Source of the DNA: Euprymna scolopes
Taxonomy: Eukaryota
DNA length: 58,254 nt
Direction: 5' to 3' (one strand)
Assembly (NCBI GenBank): GCA_053919585.1
Contig: JBSSHM010000319.1
In this document: positions 23,305-34,115 of the stretch, one piece after another
Numbering within the stretch: the stretch's first letter is position 1
Layout of the letters: each line of letters begins with the position of its first letter
The notes under the pieces: generated by a model
Seen by the model: the letters and a program-made list of their open reading frames with translations, nothing else
Databases searched by the model: none
Told to the model about the DNA's origin: nothing
Made by a program: the position numbers and the translations under genes

Positions 23305-24210
23305 TTATTTTTCTACTAAAAAGAAAAGTTTTTTTAAATTATTTGTTACATCAAAATCTTTTAATAAAGTAAACATCACACCCAAGAGAATCATCAACGC
23401 ACCAATTACCTCAGTGCTATGTAGTGTTGTACCCCATAAAAACCATTGCCAACAAGCGGTCATCACAGGAGCCATCATCGTATAAAGTAGAGCCGTTCCC
23501 ATAGGAATATATCTCAAAGAAGAAGTAATAAAATAACGAGCTCCTACCGGCCCACATATAGCAGAAATAATAACCAACATCCAAGCATATGCAGTCAAAT
23601 CTTTCAACCTCTCTATATCTAACCATAAAATTAATAACAATGCCATAAATAATAGTCGATAAAAGTTCATTGTTAATGCACCAACATAACGTAGACTAGC
23701 TTTAGAAAAAACGAGCATTAATGCAAATGAGAATGATGATAACAAGGTAATAAAAATCGCATGTAATAACAACTCATTAATAAAAAAAACTCCTCCTTGC
23801 AAAAAAAATAATCCAACCATAGAAAGGACAACAGCAATCACCACAGCTATGGTAATTTTTTCAGCAAAAAAAACCGCTCCCAAAATCGCCACAAAAATGA
23901 GTTCCGTACGTTGAATGGTTAATGAAATTGCTGGCTCTAGCATCTGTAGAGATTGCATGTAAAAGCCATTACCTAATAGTGAGGTAGTACCCACAAGAAT
24001 AATCACTAGCCAAGTTTTTTTAGGCAAGTTCAAGCGTGAGGGCTTCATTGCCATGGGAACAAAAGAAATGAACAAGGAAACAATAACTAGAGCTAAGACG
24101 CTCAACAACCATTCATGTAATCTACCTAACTCACGAAAAGCAAGTGGAAAAATACTCGATAAGAAGGTTGCTAAAAAAGCAAATAAAAAACCCTTCTGAT
24201 TATTACTCAA
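23305..24210 (-). CDS. DMT/EamA-family transporter
   Basis: 301 aa with about 10 hydrophobic segments; 'LGAVFFAEKI' and 'IGALMILLGV' EamA-like motifs. Confidence 0.8.
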   Translation of the reverse strand: MSNNQKGFLFAFLATFLSSIFPLAFRELGRLHEWLLSVLALVIVSLFISFVPMAMKPSRLNLPKKTWLVIILVGTTSLLGNGFYMQSLQMLEPAISLTIQRTELIFVAILGAVFFAEKITIAVVIAVVLSMVGLFFLQGGVFFINELLLHAIFITLLSSFSFALMLVFSKASLRYVGALTMNFYRLLFMALLLILWLDIERLKDLTAYAWMLVIISAICGPVGARYFITSSLRYIPMGTALLYTMMAPVMTACWQWFLWGTTLHSTEVIGALMILLGVMFTLLKDFDVTNNLKKLFFLVEK

Positions 24211-24249
24211 AAGGGTCCTTTTTAAATATTGCTAATAATTTATCTATGT

Positions 24250-25359
24250 TCACGATAGCTGTTTGGGATTTTGATATTCAAAACCTAATGCTTCAGCAAC
24301 AAAGGGATTAGTCACTTTCCCATCATAAATATTTAAACCATTTAACAAATGTTGATTATCCTTAAATGCCTCAATGCCTTGATTGGCTAACATTAAACCA
24401 TAAGAAAGTGTTGCATTATTTAGTGCATAAGTTGATGTACGTGGTACAGCACCGGGCATATTAGCCACACAATAATGCACCACCCCGTCTTCAACAAAAG
24501 TTGGTTCGCTATGGGTGGTCGCCACCGATGTTTCAAAACATCCACCCTGATCAATTGCCACATCCACCAAACAACTACCTTGTTTCATATCTGAAAGCAT
24601 AGTTTTAGAAACTAATTTTGGTGCTTTAGCACCAGGTATCAAAACTGCACCAATCACGGCATCTGCTTGCTTAATTTCTGCCAAAACAGAATCAAGACTA
24701 GAATATCGTGTACGCACTCGTCCATTGAAAAAATCATCCAATTCACGCAAACGGGGAAGAGAACGATCTAAAATAGTCACCTCAGCACCAATACCAACTG
24801 CCATTTTGGCCGCTTGTGTACCAACTACACCACCACCGATAACGACAACACGACCAGCAACCACTCCGGGGACTCCTCCAAGCAACAATCCCTCACCAGC
24901 ACTTTCTTTTTCCAAACAACGTGCCGCTGCTTGAATAGACAATCGACCTGCCACCTCAGACATAGGTGCTAATAGAGGTAGCCCGCCATTTTCATCCGTA
25001 ATTGTTTCATATGCAACTGCTGTACATCCAGAATTAATCAATCCTTCAGTTTGTGGCAAATCAGCTGCCAAATGCAAATATGTATATAAAATCTGCCCTT
25101 TTCTTAACTGCTTCCATTCACTAGGCTGTGGTTCCTTAACTTTCACGATCATATCTGCACTTGCAAACACTTTCTCAGCACTATCAATAATAGTTGCCCC
25201 CACATCAATATATTCTTGATCACTGATACCAACACCTAAACCTGCTGATTTTTCAATAAGCACTTCATGACCATGATGTACATATTCCCTAACGCTACTG
25301 GGAACCAAACCAACACGATACTCATTTGCTTTAATTTCTTTAGGGCAACCTACTTTCAT
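24250..25359 (-). CDS. ald: Alanine dehydrogenase
   Basis: PKEIK.NEYRV, KVKEP, PMSEVAGR, DVAIDQGG and YCVANMPGAVPRTST. Confidence 0.96.
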   Translation of the reverse strand: MKVGCPKEIKANEYRVGLVPSSVREYVHHGHEVLIEKSAGLGVGISDQEYIDVGATIIDSAEKVFASADMIVKVKEPQPSEWKQLRKGQILYTYLHLAADLPQTEGLINSGCTAVAYETITDENGGLPLLAPMSEVAGRLSIQAAARCLEKESAGEGLLLGGVPGVVAGRVVVIGGGVVGTQAAKMAVGIGAEVTILDRSLPRLRELDDFFNGRVRTRYSSLDSVLAEIKQADAVIGAVLIPGAKAPKLVSKTMLSDMKQGSCLVDVAIDQGGCFETSVATTHSEPTFVEDGVVHYCVANMPGAVPRTSTYALNNATLSYGLMLANQGIEAFKDNQHLLNGLNIYDGKVTNPFVAEALGFEYQNPKQLS

Positions 25360-25561
25360 AATAACTCCTTATACCAAGATTTCTAATAAAAAAAGTTCAA
25401 CAAAAACAAATACAACAAAAATGCACTACAAAACTAGCATCAAAATCCCTCTTGACAGGACCTATTATAACGGTACAACTGCTAAAAACCAACCATCATT
25501 AAAAACAAATACAATGTTATAATTGCACGCAGTGGCACGTTTTTATTTATCATAATTTTCT

Positions 25562-26716
25562 TTGCGAACTTTGAGCGACAGATCGTTAATTAAACCTATA
25601 GAAAAATTAAATACCCTACCTCACTATTTGAGCGGTGAGACAGGGAGTAATCGTAGTCAAATTTCTACACAACAAATTCATGCAAACAATGATTTTCAAG
25701 CTCTTAGTGCTTGGTTGCGACGTTATGATGAATCACCACAAACCTTCCGCTCCTATCGTAAAGAAATTGAAAGGCTCTACACTTGGTGTTTACAATCCAA
25801 ACAAAAGCCATTTTCTAGTTTAAATGTCGAAGATATTCAAGATTACTTAAAATTTCTCGCTAAGCCAACTCCCTATGATTATTGGTGCGGACCACGTATG
25901 CCACGCACAAGCCTGGACTGGAAACCCTTTGAAGGTGCTTTGAGTGAAGCCAGTAGAAAACAAACTCTCACGATTATTGGAGCATGTTTTTCGTTTTTAG
26001 TTGATGCAGGCTATTTATCTGGCAACCCCGTTAAGCTTCTCAGTAAATCTAGCCGGCCAAAGCCCTATAATGCGGCTAATGTAGAGCGCTATCTTGATAA
26101 AGAAATATGGCAACTTTTTTGGCAACATTTATTACAAGAAAATCCAGAAACAGCTCAACAACATGCTCATTTTGAACGTAATCTTTTTATTTTCAGTCTG
26201 CTTTATTTACAAAGCCCACGTGCCAGTGAAGTCGTTTCACATAGTATGAACAGCATCCAAAACCAACACAATAAATGGTGGTGGATTATCACTGGAAAAG
26301 GAGGAAAAACTCAGCGTATCCCATGGAAAGATGAAAGCATGGAAGCACTTATGCGTTATCGTGAATTTAGGGGACTACATCCGCATCCATCATCAACTGA
26401 CCATGCACCCCTAGTTGCCACCTTGAAAGGAGAACGATATATCACTGCAGATATGCTCTACAAAATAGTCAAAAAAAAAGTGAAAGACATTAGTCAACTA
26501 ATAGAATGTGATTACCCCGAATACGCCAAGAAACTTAGCCTTGCCTCTACCCACTGGTTTCGCCACACTTCACTAACTCATCAAGCAGATGATGGCATTG
26601 ACTTGCGCTACTTGCAAGCCATTGCTCGTCATGAAAGCATTGATACCACTCAACGATACCTGCATGTAGAGGCTGATACTTTTCATGATACAGTTAATCG
26701 CCAGAACTTAAAATAG
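25562..26716 (+). CDS. Tyrosine recombinase (phage integrase/XerC-like superfamily)
   Basis: Catalytic residues present: R (PRASE), K (GKGGK), HxxR (HWFRHT), H (ARHESI) and Y (TTQRY); start codon uncertain. Confidence 0.88.
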   Translation: MRTLSDRSLIKPIEKLNTLPHYLSGETGSNRSQISTQQIHANNDFQALSAWLRRYDESPQTFRSYRKEIERLYTWCLQSKQKPFSSLNVEDIQDYLKFLAKPTPYDYWCGPRMPRTSLDWKPFEGALSEASRKQTLTIIGACFSFLVDAGYLSGNPVKLLSKSSRPKPYNAANVERYLDKEIWQLFWQHLLQENPETAQQHAHFERNLFIFSLLYLQSPRASEVVSHSMNSIQNQHNKWWWIITGKGGKTQRIPWKDESMEALMRYREFRGLHPHPSSTDHAPLVATLKGERYITADMLYKIVKKKVKDISQLIECDYPEYAKKLSLASTHWFRHTSLTHQADDGIDLRYLQAIARHESIDTTQRYLHVEADTFHDTVNRQNLK

Positions 26717-26736
26717 CACCACACCTAATCCTATTC

Positions 26737-27957
26737 ATGTACCAACACCATTTCCCTGCTGTTTATAACAACAAACAACGCCATTTCTTTGATAACGCCT
26801 CCACTACCCAGTATTGCACAACAGCTATTGAAACCACTTCTATGCTAGATAATTTACCACGATCAAATATTACTCGTGGCATCTATAAAGAAGCAGAAAT
26901 AATCAGTGAATACTACGAACAAGCTCGCCAAACTATTGCCAAGCTAATCGGTGCAAAAGCACATGAGATTATATTCTGTCGTGGTACAACAGAAGCTTTA
27001 AATATCAGTGCACGTTGTTTGACTGAAAATCTAAAAAAAAACCAAGCTGTCCTAATCACTGATGCTGAGCATCATAGCAATTTTCTTCCTTGGATAGAAC
27101 TCTGTAAACAAAAAAATTTACAATTATATCGCCTACCAGTTGATACTAACGGAGCAATTGACTTATCACAATTAACAAATTTTGAAGATAAAAATATTGC
27201 CATTTTATCCATCACACACTGCTCGAATGTAACAGGGGTAATCAGCGATATTTCATTGATTAAAAAATGGTGTATACGTAATAATATAATCCTAGTTGTG
27301 GATGGTGCACAAATGATTCAACATGATATTCCTAACGTATCAAACTTAGATGCGGATGTTTATTGTTTCTCAGGGCATAAGGTGTTTGCTAGCAGTGGCA
27401 TTGGCGTATTATATGCCAAGGAAAAGCTATTAGAAAAATGGCAACCTATCATGTGGGGTGGTGGTATGGTATTAGACATGCCTATGCTAAATAGTTCTGA
27501 ACTGGATAATTCTTGGCTAAAAATACCACAAAAATTTGAAGCAGGGACACCACCATATCAACAAGCTATTATTCTTTCTCACACCTTGAAGTGGCTTGCA
27601 TCTTTAGACCAACAAGCCTTACATAAACATCACCAATCCCTTTTAAAAAAAACCAATACATTACTACAAAAATACAGCTTTATTGACATCATTCATCACT
27701 CAAATTTACCACGTCATCCCATCTTCGCTTTTAATATACATCATCTCCACCCACATGATGCTGCTCACCTATTTAATGAATTGGGCTTCTGTTTAAGAGC
27801 TGGACACCACTGTGCTAAACCACTGATGAAAAGTCTACATATCCATGCTTGCCTACGCATCAGTCTATCTTGTTATAACACCCTTGAAGAATTAGACTTA
27901 TTTGAAGATGCCTTAAAAACCATTTACCAACATAGTCAGAAATTTCTAACTTGCTGA
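26737..27957 (+). CDS. SufS/CsdA-type cysteine desulfurase
   Basis: FDNASTTQ, EHHSN, DGAQ, SGHK (PLP lysine), FEAGT and RAGHHCA (catalytic Cys). Confidence 0.88.
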   Translation: MYQHHFPAVYNNKQRHFFDNASTTQYCTTAIETTSMLDNLPRSNITRGIYKEAEIISEYYEQARQTIAKLIGAKAHEIIFCRGTTEALNISARCLTENLKKNQAVLITDAEHHSNFLPWIELCKQKNLQLYRLPVDTNGAIDLSQLTNFEDKNIAILSITHCSNVTGVISDISLIKKWCIRNNIILVVDGAQMIQHDIPNVSNLDADVYCFSGHKVFASSGIGVLYAKEKLLEKWQPIMWGGGMVLDMPMLNSSELDNSWLKIPQKFEAGTPPYQQAIILSHTLKWLASLDQQALHKHHQSLLKKTNTLLQKYSFIDIIHHSNLPRHPIFAFNIHHLHPHDAAHLFNELGFCLRAGHHCAKPLMKSLHIHACLRISLSCYNTLEELDLFEDALKTIYQHSQKFLTC

Positions 27958-28287
27958 GAGGATTTGAGAATTGATGAATTTAATACCATCTTTACTCATT
28001 TTCACCTACACCAATCTACTTCAAAGTCACATCACTACAGTGCATTTATTTTTACCCAAAAGCATCTTTACTCTATTTCACTATTCACTCAAAATACAAA
28101 ATAAAGTACAATACTTTCATAGCCATAGCGTGATGTCGTGTGTAGCATATGTCAGACCTTAAATCGGTATGTCATGATCAATTCATTCGTATAGTAAATA
28201 AGGCTAAAGAAATCTATGCAATGCACCTAACAATACGCTTTAAAAAATTAACTTGAAAAATAGATTAAAAAATAAATAAGACGTAAT

Positions 28288-29019
28288 ATGTGTTGGAGTG
28301 GTGAGGCATCGTTAGTAGCAGGCAGTGTGGGTATGGGGTTTAGTTTGTATTCAGCCTACAAAAAAGAACCCATTAGTTTATGGGGAACTTTAGGTTATTT
28401 TTCATTAATGGAATTACTACAGGGCTACACCTATTCTGTTATTGACAACCACCTACTGCTATCTAATCAAATTGCTACCCTTTTAGGGTTTTTACACATT
28501 GCATTTCAGCCATTTTTTGCCAACGCCCTATCTATGTACTTTATTCCGAGCGGTGTACGGCAAAAAATTGCCCCTTGGGTATACACTTTCTGTTTCATTA
28601 CGACAATTATTTTATTAATTAAAATGTATCCATTTCCAAGTGCTACCATGTGTACGGTAGGAAGTGTTTTGTGCGGTGAGAACTTGGGTTCAGTTTCAGG
28701 AAGTTGGCATATTGCTTGGGAATTGCCACTAAACGGTTTAATGTTGTTAGACTATGGTTTTTTAGAAATTGGTTTGGCTCCACTGCTGTTTACCATGGCT
28801 ATGTTTGGTTTACCATTATTATATGGTTCATGGAGATTCACGCTATACCATGCATTATTTGGACCATTTCTTGCTTTTTTAACAACCAGCAATCCTAATG
28901 AATGGCCCGCTGTTTGGTGCTTATTATCCATTGCCTTTTTGTTAATTGTTGCCAAAACCCCTGTCAGGAGAATTATGCATGTTAAAAACTGGTTTCTATG
29001 GAAAAAATTAATTGCCTAA
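28288..29019 (+). CDS. Conserved membrane protein, DUF5765-like
   Basis: MCWSGEAS start, YFSLMELLQ, HIAFQPFF and NEWPAVWCL; several TM segments; family recalled from memory. Confidence 0.65.
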   Translation: MCWSGEASLVAGSVGMGFSLYSAYKKEPISLWGTLGYFSLMELLQGYTYSVIDNHLLLSNQIATLLGFLHIAFQPFFANALSMYFIPSGVRQKIAPWVYTFCFITTIILLIKMYPFPSATMCTVGSVLCGENLGSVSGSWHIAWELPLNGLMLLDYGFLEIGLAPLLFTMAMFGLPLLYGSWRFTLYHALFGPFLAFLTTSNPNEWPAVWCLLSIAFLLIVAKTPVRRIMHVKNWFLWKKLIA

Positions 29020-29195
29020 AAATCAAAGAGAAATACATAAGCAAAAACGTTAAAATTCTCAAGAAACACTCTGCTCTTGTCTCATTTGAGAATCAAATAA
29101 CCTAGTAAAACGTGCTACCCATCTATCTTTTCACACACCAACTTAATAAGATAGGCAACTAATCATAAAATCAATGTAAGTGTTATATTAATGAG

Positions 29196-29265
29196 TTGAC
29201 TTCACGAAATTAAGAGGCTAATAATGTGAAAAGCTCTGAACAAACCCATTATAATTGATAATGGG
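29196..29265 (+). promoter_or_regulatory. Putative sigma70 promoter and palindromic operator for the xsc-soe operon
   Basis: TTGACT (29196) with TAATAAT 17 nt later, then the perfect inverted repeat CCCATTAT-N5-ATAATGGG (29245-29265). Confidence 0.5.
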
Positions 29266-29333
29266 ATTCCTAATTACTTAAGTAATTCTTAAAGTTTATC
29301 TAAAAAAAACAGATTAAATATGGAGAAAAAAAT

Positions 29334-31103
29334 ATGTCTAAAGTTAAAATGACGCCAAGTGAGGCATTTGTTGAAACTATGGTGGCAAACGGTGTCACAG
29401 ATATTTATGGTATTATGGGCTCAGCGTTCATGGATGCCATGGATATTTTTGCCCCAGCTGGCATTCGTTTTATACCTGTTGTACATGAACAGGGAGCTGC
29501 TCACATGGCAGATGGATACTCCCGTGCAAGTGGTCGTCATGGTGTTGTTATTGGTCAAAATGGTCCAGGAATCAGTAACTGCGTAACAGCAATTGCTGCT
29601 GCATATTGGGCACACAGTCCAGTGGTCATGATTACTCCTGAAACAGGTACGATGGGCATGGGACTAGGTGGTTTCCAAGAAGCTAATCAGTTACCTATGT
29701 TCCAAGAATTCACCAAGTACCAAGGACACGTCAACAATCCAAAACGTATGGCAGAAATTACTGGACGTTGCTTTGATCGTGCGATGTCTGAAATGGCACC
29801 TTCACAACTCAATATTCCACGTGATTACTTCTACGGTGAAATTGAAGCTGAGATTCCTGAACCAATCGTCATTGATCGTGGTGCAGGTGGCGAACAATCA
29901 CTTAATGATGCTGCGGATTTATTAGCCAATGCCAAATTTCCTGTTATTATCTCAGGTGGTGGCGTAGTTTTCGCTGATGGCGTTGAAGAATGTAAAGCTC
30001 TTGCCGAAAGAATTGGAGCTCCAGTTGTAAACAGCTACCTACATAATGACTCCTTCCCAGCAAGTCACCCATTGTGGTGTGGTCCGCTTGGTTATCAAGG
30101 TTCAAAAGCCGCAATGAAACTGATGTCAAAAGCAGATGTAGTATTAGCTCTTGGTTCAAGATTAGGACCATTCGGAACGCTACCTCAACATGGGCTAGAC
30201 TACTGGCCAACTAGTGCTAAAATCATCCAAGTGGATACTGACCATAAGATGCTTGGTCTTGTTAAGAAAGTTACAGTAGGAATTTGTGGCGATGCTAAGG
30301 CCTCTGCTAAAGCTCTCCTTTCCCGACTACAAGATAGAACCCTTGCTTGCGATGAAACTCGTGATGCACGCAGTGCTGAAATTCAAAAAGAAAAACAAAC
30401 ATGGGAAAAAGAATTGGATGAATGGACTCATGAAAAAGATGATTTCAGCTTAGATATGATTGAAGAGCAAAATCAAGAAGCAGGAAGTTATCTCCATCCT
30501 CGTCAAGTCCTCCGTGAATTAGAAAAAGCTATGCCAGCTGATGTCATGGTCTCAACTGACATTGGAAACATTAACTCCGTTGCTAACAGTTACCTCCGCT
30601 TTGAAAGACCTCGTAGCTTCTTTGCAGCGATGAGTTTTGGTAACTGTGGTTATGCTTTTCCAACTATGATTGGTGCGAAGACTGCAGCACCAGATCGTCC
30701 TGGGATTTCCTATGCAGGTGATGGAGCTTGGGGAATGAGCATGCAAGAAACATTTACTTGTGTTCGCCATAACATACCCGTAACCGCTGTGGTATTCCAC
30801 AACCGTCAATGGGGAGCTGAAAAGAAAAACCAAGTGGATTTCTATAACCGTCGCTTCACTGCTGCCGAATTAGAAAATGGTAGCTGGGCAGAAGTTGCCA
30901 AAGCAATGGGCGCAGAAGGTACTCGTGTTGATCGCTTAGAAGATGTTGGTACAGCTCTAAAAAGTGCTATTGATGCTCAAATGAACGACAAAAAAACGAC
31001 TATTATCGAAATTATGTGTACTCGTGAATTGGGCGATCCATTCCGTCGCGATGCACTATCGAAACCAATACGTTTCTTAGATAAATATAAAGACTACGTG
31101 TAA
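29334..31103 (+). CDS. xsc: Sulfoacetaldehyde acetyltransferase
   Basis: MTPSEAFVE...GIMGSAFMDA, QNGPGISN, ThDP motif GDGAWGMS...NRQWGAEKKNQ, C-terminal ELGDPFRRDAL. Confidence 0.95.
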   Translation: MSKVKMTPSEAFVETMVANGVTDIYGIMGSAFMDAMDIFAPAGIRFIPVVHEQGAAHMADGYSRASGRHGVVIGQNGPGISNCVTAIAAAYWAHSPVVMITPETGTMGMGLGGFQEANQLPMFQEFTKYQGHVNNPKRMAEITGRCFDRAMSEMAPSQLNIPRDYFYGEIEAEIPEPIVIDRGAGGEQSLNDAADLLANAKFPVIISGGGVVFADGVEECKALAERIGAPVVNSYLHNDSFPASHPLWCGPLGYQGSKAAMKLMSKADVVLALGSRLGPFGTLPQHGLDYWPTSAKIIQVDTDHKMLGLVKKVTVGICGDAKASAKALLSRLQDRTLACDETRDARSAEIQKEKQTWEKELDEWTHEKDDFSLDMIEEQNQEAGSYLHPRQVLRELEKAMPADVMVSTDIGNINSVANSYLRFERPRSFFAAMSFGNCGYAFPTMIGAKTAAPDRPGISYAGDGAWGMSMQETFTCVRHNIPVTAVVFHNRQWGAEKKNQVDFYNRRFTAAELENGSWAEVAKAMGAEGTRVDRLEDVGTALKSAIDAQMNDKKTTIIEIMCTRELGDPFRRDALSKPIRFLDKYKDYV

Positions 31104-31143
31104 GCCAAACTTACCAATAGACTTCATAATCTAGAGTTTAACT

Positions 31144-34092
31144 ATGTCATTGAACCCTCTTTCGACTGTTGTCGAACAAGTTAACGTTACCCCTGTCATT
31201 GCTGATGAGGTGAAGAAAACTACTTGCTATATGTGTGCCTGTCGTTGTGGCATCAAGGTATACATGAAAAATGGCAAGGTGCGTTATATTGAAGGCAATC
31301 CTGATCACCCTGTGAATAAAGGTGTCTTATGTGCTAAGGGTTCAGCTGGCATTATGAATCACTACTCTCCTGCTCGCCTAACTTCTCCACTATTGAGAGT
31401 GGGTGAGCGAGGCAGTGGTGAGTTCAAAGAAATTAGTTGGGAAGAAGCTATAGACATTGCCACAGAATGGCTACAAACTACTCGCAATAAAGATCCAAAA
31501 AAATTAGCATTTTTTACCGGTCGTGATCAAAGCCAATCATTAACTGGTTGGTGGGCTGCTAAATATGGTACACATAATTTTGCAGCACATGGAGGATTTT
31601 GTTCAGTAAATATGGCAACTGCTGGTCTCTATACTCTTGGTGGTGCTTTTTGGGAATTTGGTGAGCCTGATTGGGAACGAACACGGTATTTTATGCTCTT
31701 TGGCGTCGCTGAAGATCATGACTCCAACCCAATTAAAATCGGCATGGGTAAGCTCAAAAACAAAGAAGATTGCAAAGTTGTTTCTGTTAACCCTGTCCGA
31801 ACAGGCTACTCTGCCATCGCTGATGAGTGGCTTGCTCTTAAACCAGGCACAGATGGTTTGCTTATTTTTTCTCTCATTCATGAACTCCTGAAAGCAGATA
31901 AGATTGATTTGCCCTTTCTAGTTCGTTATACCAATGCCAGTTGGTTGGTTATTGATGCTGAAAATACAGCAAAGCATGGATTATTTGCACGAAATGATGA
32001 GCAACAACCTCTGGTATATGATACAGATAGTCAAACCTTCATTCCTGCTGAACAATGTGAAAAACCAGCACTAACGGGAAGCTATAAATTAGCAGATGGA
32101 AGCACGGCTGTTCCTGTATTTGAATTGATGGTCAAACGCTATGCCGATGATCAATATGCGGCGGAAAATACCGCTGAAGAAATTGGCATATCAGTAAGTA
32201 CAATTAAACGATTGGCTGCTGAAATTGCAGAGGCTGCTTTTGAAAATGAAATAACAATTGATCAAGAGTGGGTAGATTATCGTGGCAAAAAACACAGCAA
32301 AATCACTGGACGTCCAGTTAGTTTTCATTCAATGCGTGGTATATCGGCTCATTCAAATGGTTTTCACACTTGTCGTGCCTTGCACCTTCTACAGCTTATT
32401 CTTGGCAGTGTAGACGTGCCTGGTGGGTGGCGTTACAAAGCTCCTTATCCTAAGGAAATTCCACCACCACCAAAACCAACATCAGCAACTGGACAAACTA
32501 ATGAATCACTACATGGCATGCCAATTGGCAACCCTCAATCTCCTAAGGACCTTATTATTGAAGAAGATGGTTCACCAAAAAGGCTAGATAAAGCCTATAG
32601 TTGGGAATTTCCTCTTGCTTCACATGGTTTGTTGCACATGGTACTACATAATGCTTGGAAAGGTGATCCCTATTCCGTTGATGTAGTGATGATGTACATG
32701 GCAAATATGGCATGGAATTCCTCCATGAATGTTAAGGATACTCTGCACTATCTCACCGACAAGGACGAACAAGGAAATTACAAGATACCTAAATTTATCT
32801 ATAGCGATGCCTATTATTCAGAAACCATTCCTTATGCTGATCTTGTCTTACCGGACACAACTTATTTAGAGCGTTATGATTGTATTTCCTTACTTGATCG
32901 TCCTATCTCTAATGCTGAGGGACCAGGTGATGCCATTCGTGTACCAATAGAAGAGCCAGATCGTGATGTTCGCCCATTTCAAGAAGTATTAATTGAGTTA
33001 GGAGCTCGTTTAAAGTTACCTGGTTTTGTCAATGACAATGGTGAACCCTTGTATAATGGCTACGACGACTATATCATTAACCACCAAAGAGCACCAGGTG
33101 TTGGACCACTTGCCGGCTGGCGATTGGATGATGAGGGTAATATTACTCACGGTAAAGGCAATCCTAACCCTAACCAAATCGAAGAATATAAGAAAAATGG
33201 ATGCTTTTGGTCTGAAGAAATTTCTCTTGACAAACAATTCTACAAGCACTCTAACCAAGCCTATTTAACATATGCTAAAAATATGGGGTGGATACAAAGT
33301 GACAAGCCCATTGTAATGCAACTCTACAGTGAAGTCATGCAAAAGTTTCGCCTCAGTGCTCAAGGATTAATTGATCCTCAACCACCTCAAGAACACAGAG
33401 AACGAGTTGAAACTTACTTTGATCCTTTTCCTATTTGGTATGAACCGTTCGAACAACAACTCATTGATAAAGAGGAATACCCCCTACAAGCGATTACTCA
33501 ACGCCCTATGCATATGTATCATTCTTGGGGGTCGCAAAATGCTTGGTTACGTCAGATAACGAATCGCAATTTTCTTTACCTACATCCAGAACTTGCCAAA
33601 CAACATGACATACAAGATGGTGATTGGATATGGTTAGAAAGTCATCACGGAAAAATTAAAGCTCCTGTTAAAATTATGTTGGGTACCAATAAGGATACTA
33701 TTTGGACTTGGAATGCAATTGGCAAGCGTAAAGGAGCATGGGAATTAGATAACAACTCCCCTGAATTTAAACAAGGATTTTTGTTAAATCATCTTATTTC
33801 AGAACTCCTACCACAAAAAGAAAGTGGATTTCGCTATGCTAACTCTGATCCTGTAACTGGGCAAGCTGCATGGTATGATTTACGTGTACGCATTAGAAAA
33901 TGTACAGAAAAAGAACAAAATGAGAGCGATAAAACAGTTTATCCTCTCTTCCCACCAATAAATAAAAAACCTATACAAACTGATACCAAACGTTCAGTAT
34001 CTCAATTTGGTAAAGATCTTAAAGCTCAACCTAAAAATGCTCAACCTAAACCGATAAAAGAGTGGATTGGTATAAATAAAAACCACTCATAA
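31144..34092 (+). CDS. soeA: Molybdopterin sulfite dehydrogenase catalytic subunit, SoeA-like
   Basis: TTCYMCACRCG Fe-S motif, FFTGRDQSQ and TQRPM.MYHSWGSQNAWLRQI; no Tat signal; follows xsc. Confidence 0.88.
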   Translation: MSLNPLSTVVEQVNVTPVIADEVKKTTCYMCACRCGIKVYMKNGKVRYIEGNPDHPVNKGVLCAKGSAGIMNHYSPARLTSPLLRVGERGSGEFKEISWEEAIDIATEWLQTTRNKDPKKLAFFTGRDQSQSLTGWWAAKYGTHNFAAHGGFCSVNMATAGLYTLGGAFWEFGEPDWERTRYFMLFGVAEDHDSNPIKIGMGKLKNKEDCKVVSVNPVRTGYSAIADEWLALKPGTDGLLIFSLIHELLKADKIDLPFLVRYTNASWLVIDAENTAKHGLFARNDEQQPLVYDTDSQTFIPAEQCEKPALTGSYKLADGSTAVPVFELMVKRYADDQYAAENTAEEIGISVSTIKRLAAEIAEAAFENEITIDQEWVDYRGKKHSKITGRPVSFHSMRGISAHSNGFHTCRALHLLQLILGSVDVPGGWRYKAPYPKEIPPPPKPTSATGQTNESLHGMPIGNPQSPKDLIIEEDGSPKRLDKAYSWEFPLASHGLLHMVLHNAWKGDPYSVDVVMMYMANMAWNSSMNVKDTLHYLTDKDEQGNYKIPKFIYSDAYYSETIPYADLVLPDTTYLERYDCISLLDRPISNAEGPGDAIRVPIEEPDRDVRPFQEVLIELGARLKLPGFVNDNGEPLYNGYDDYIINHQRAPGVGPLAGWRLDDEGNITHGKGNPNPNQIEEYKKNGCFWSEEISLDKQFYKHSNQAYLTYAKNMGWIQSDKPIVMQLYSEVMQKFRLSAQGLIDPQPPQEHRERVETYFDPFPIWYEPFEQQLIDKEEYPLQAITQRPMHMYHSWGSQNAWLRQITNRNFLYLHPELAKQHDIQDGDWIWLESHHGKIKAPVKIMLGTNKDTIWTWNAIGKRKGAWELDNNSPEFKQGFLLNHLISELLPQKESGFRYANSDPVTGQAAWYDLRVRIRKCTEKEQNESDKTVYPLFPPINKKPIQTDTKRSVSQFGKDLKAQPKNAQPKPIKEWIGINKNHS

Positions 34093-34115
34093 TTCTTACT
34101 TTATTAAGATAGATA

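Noticed and set aside
25562-26716. Integron integrase or prophage integrase
   Set aside because: No attC-like cassette array, phage genes, adjacent tRNA or att duplication was seen.
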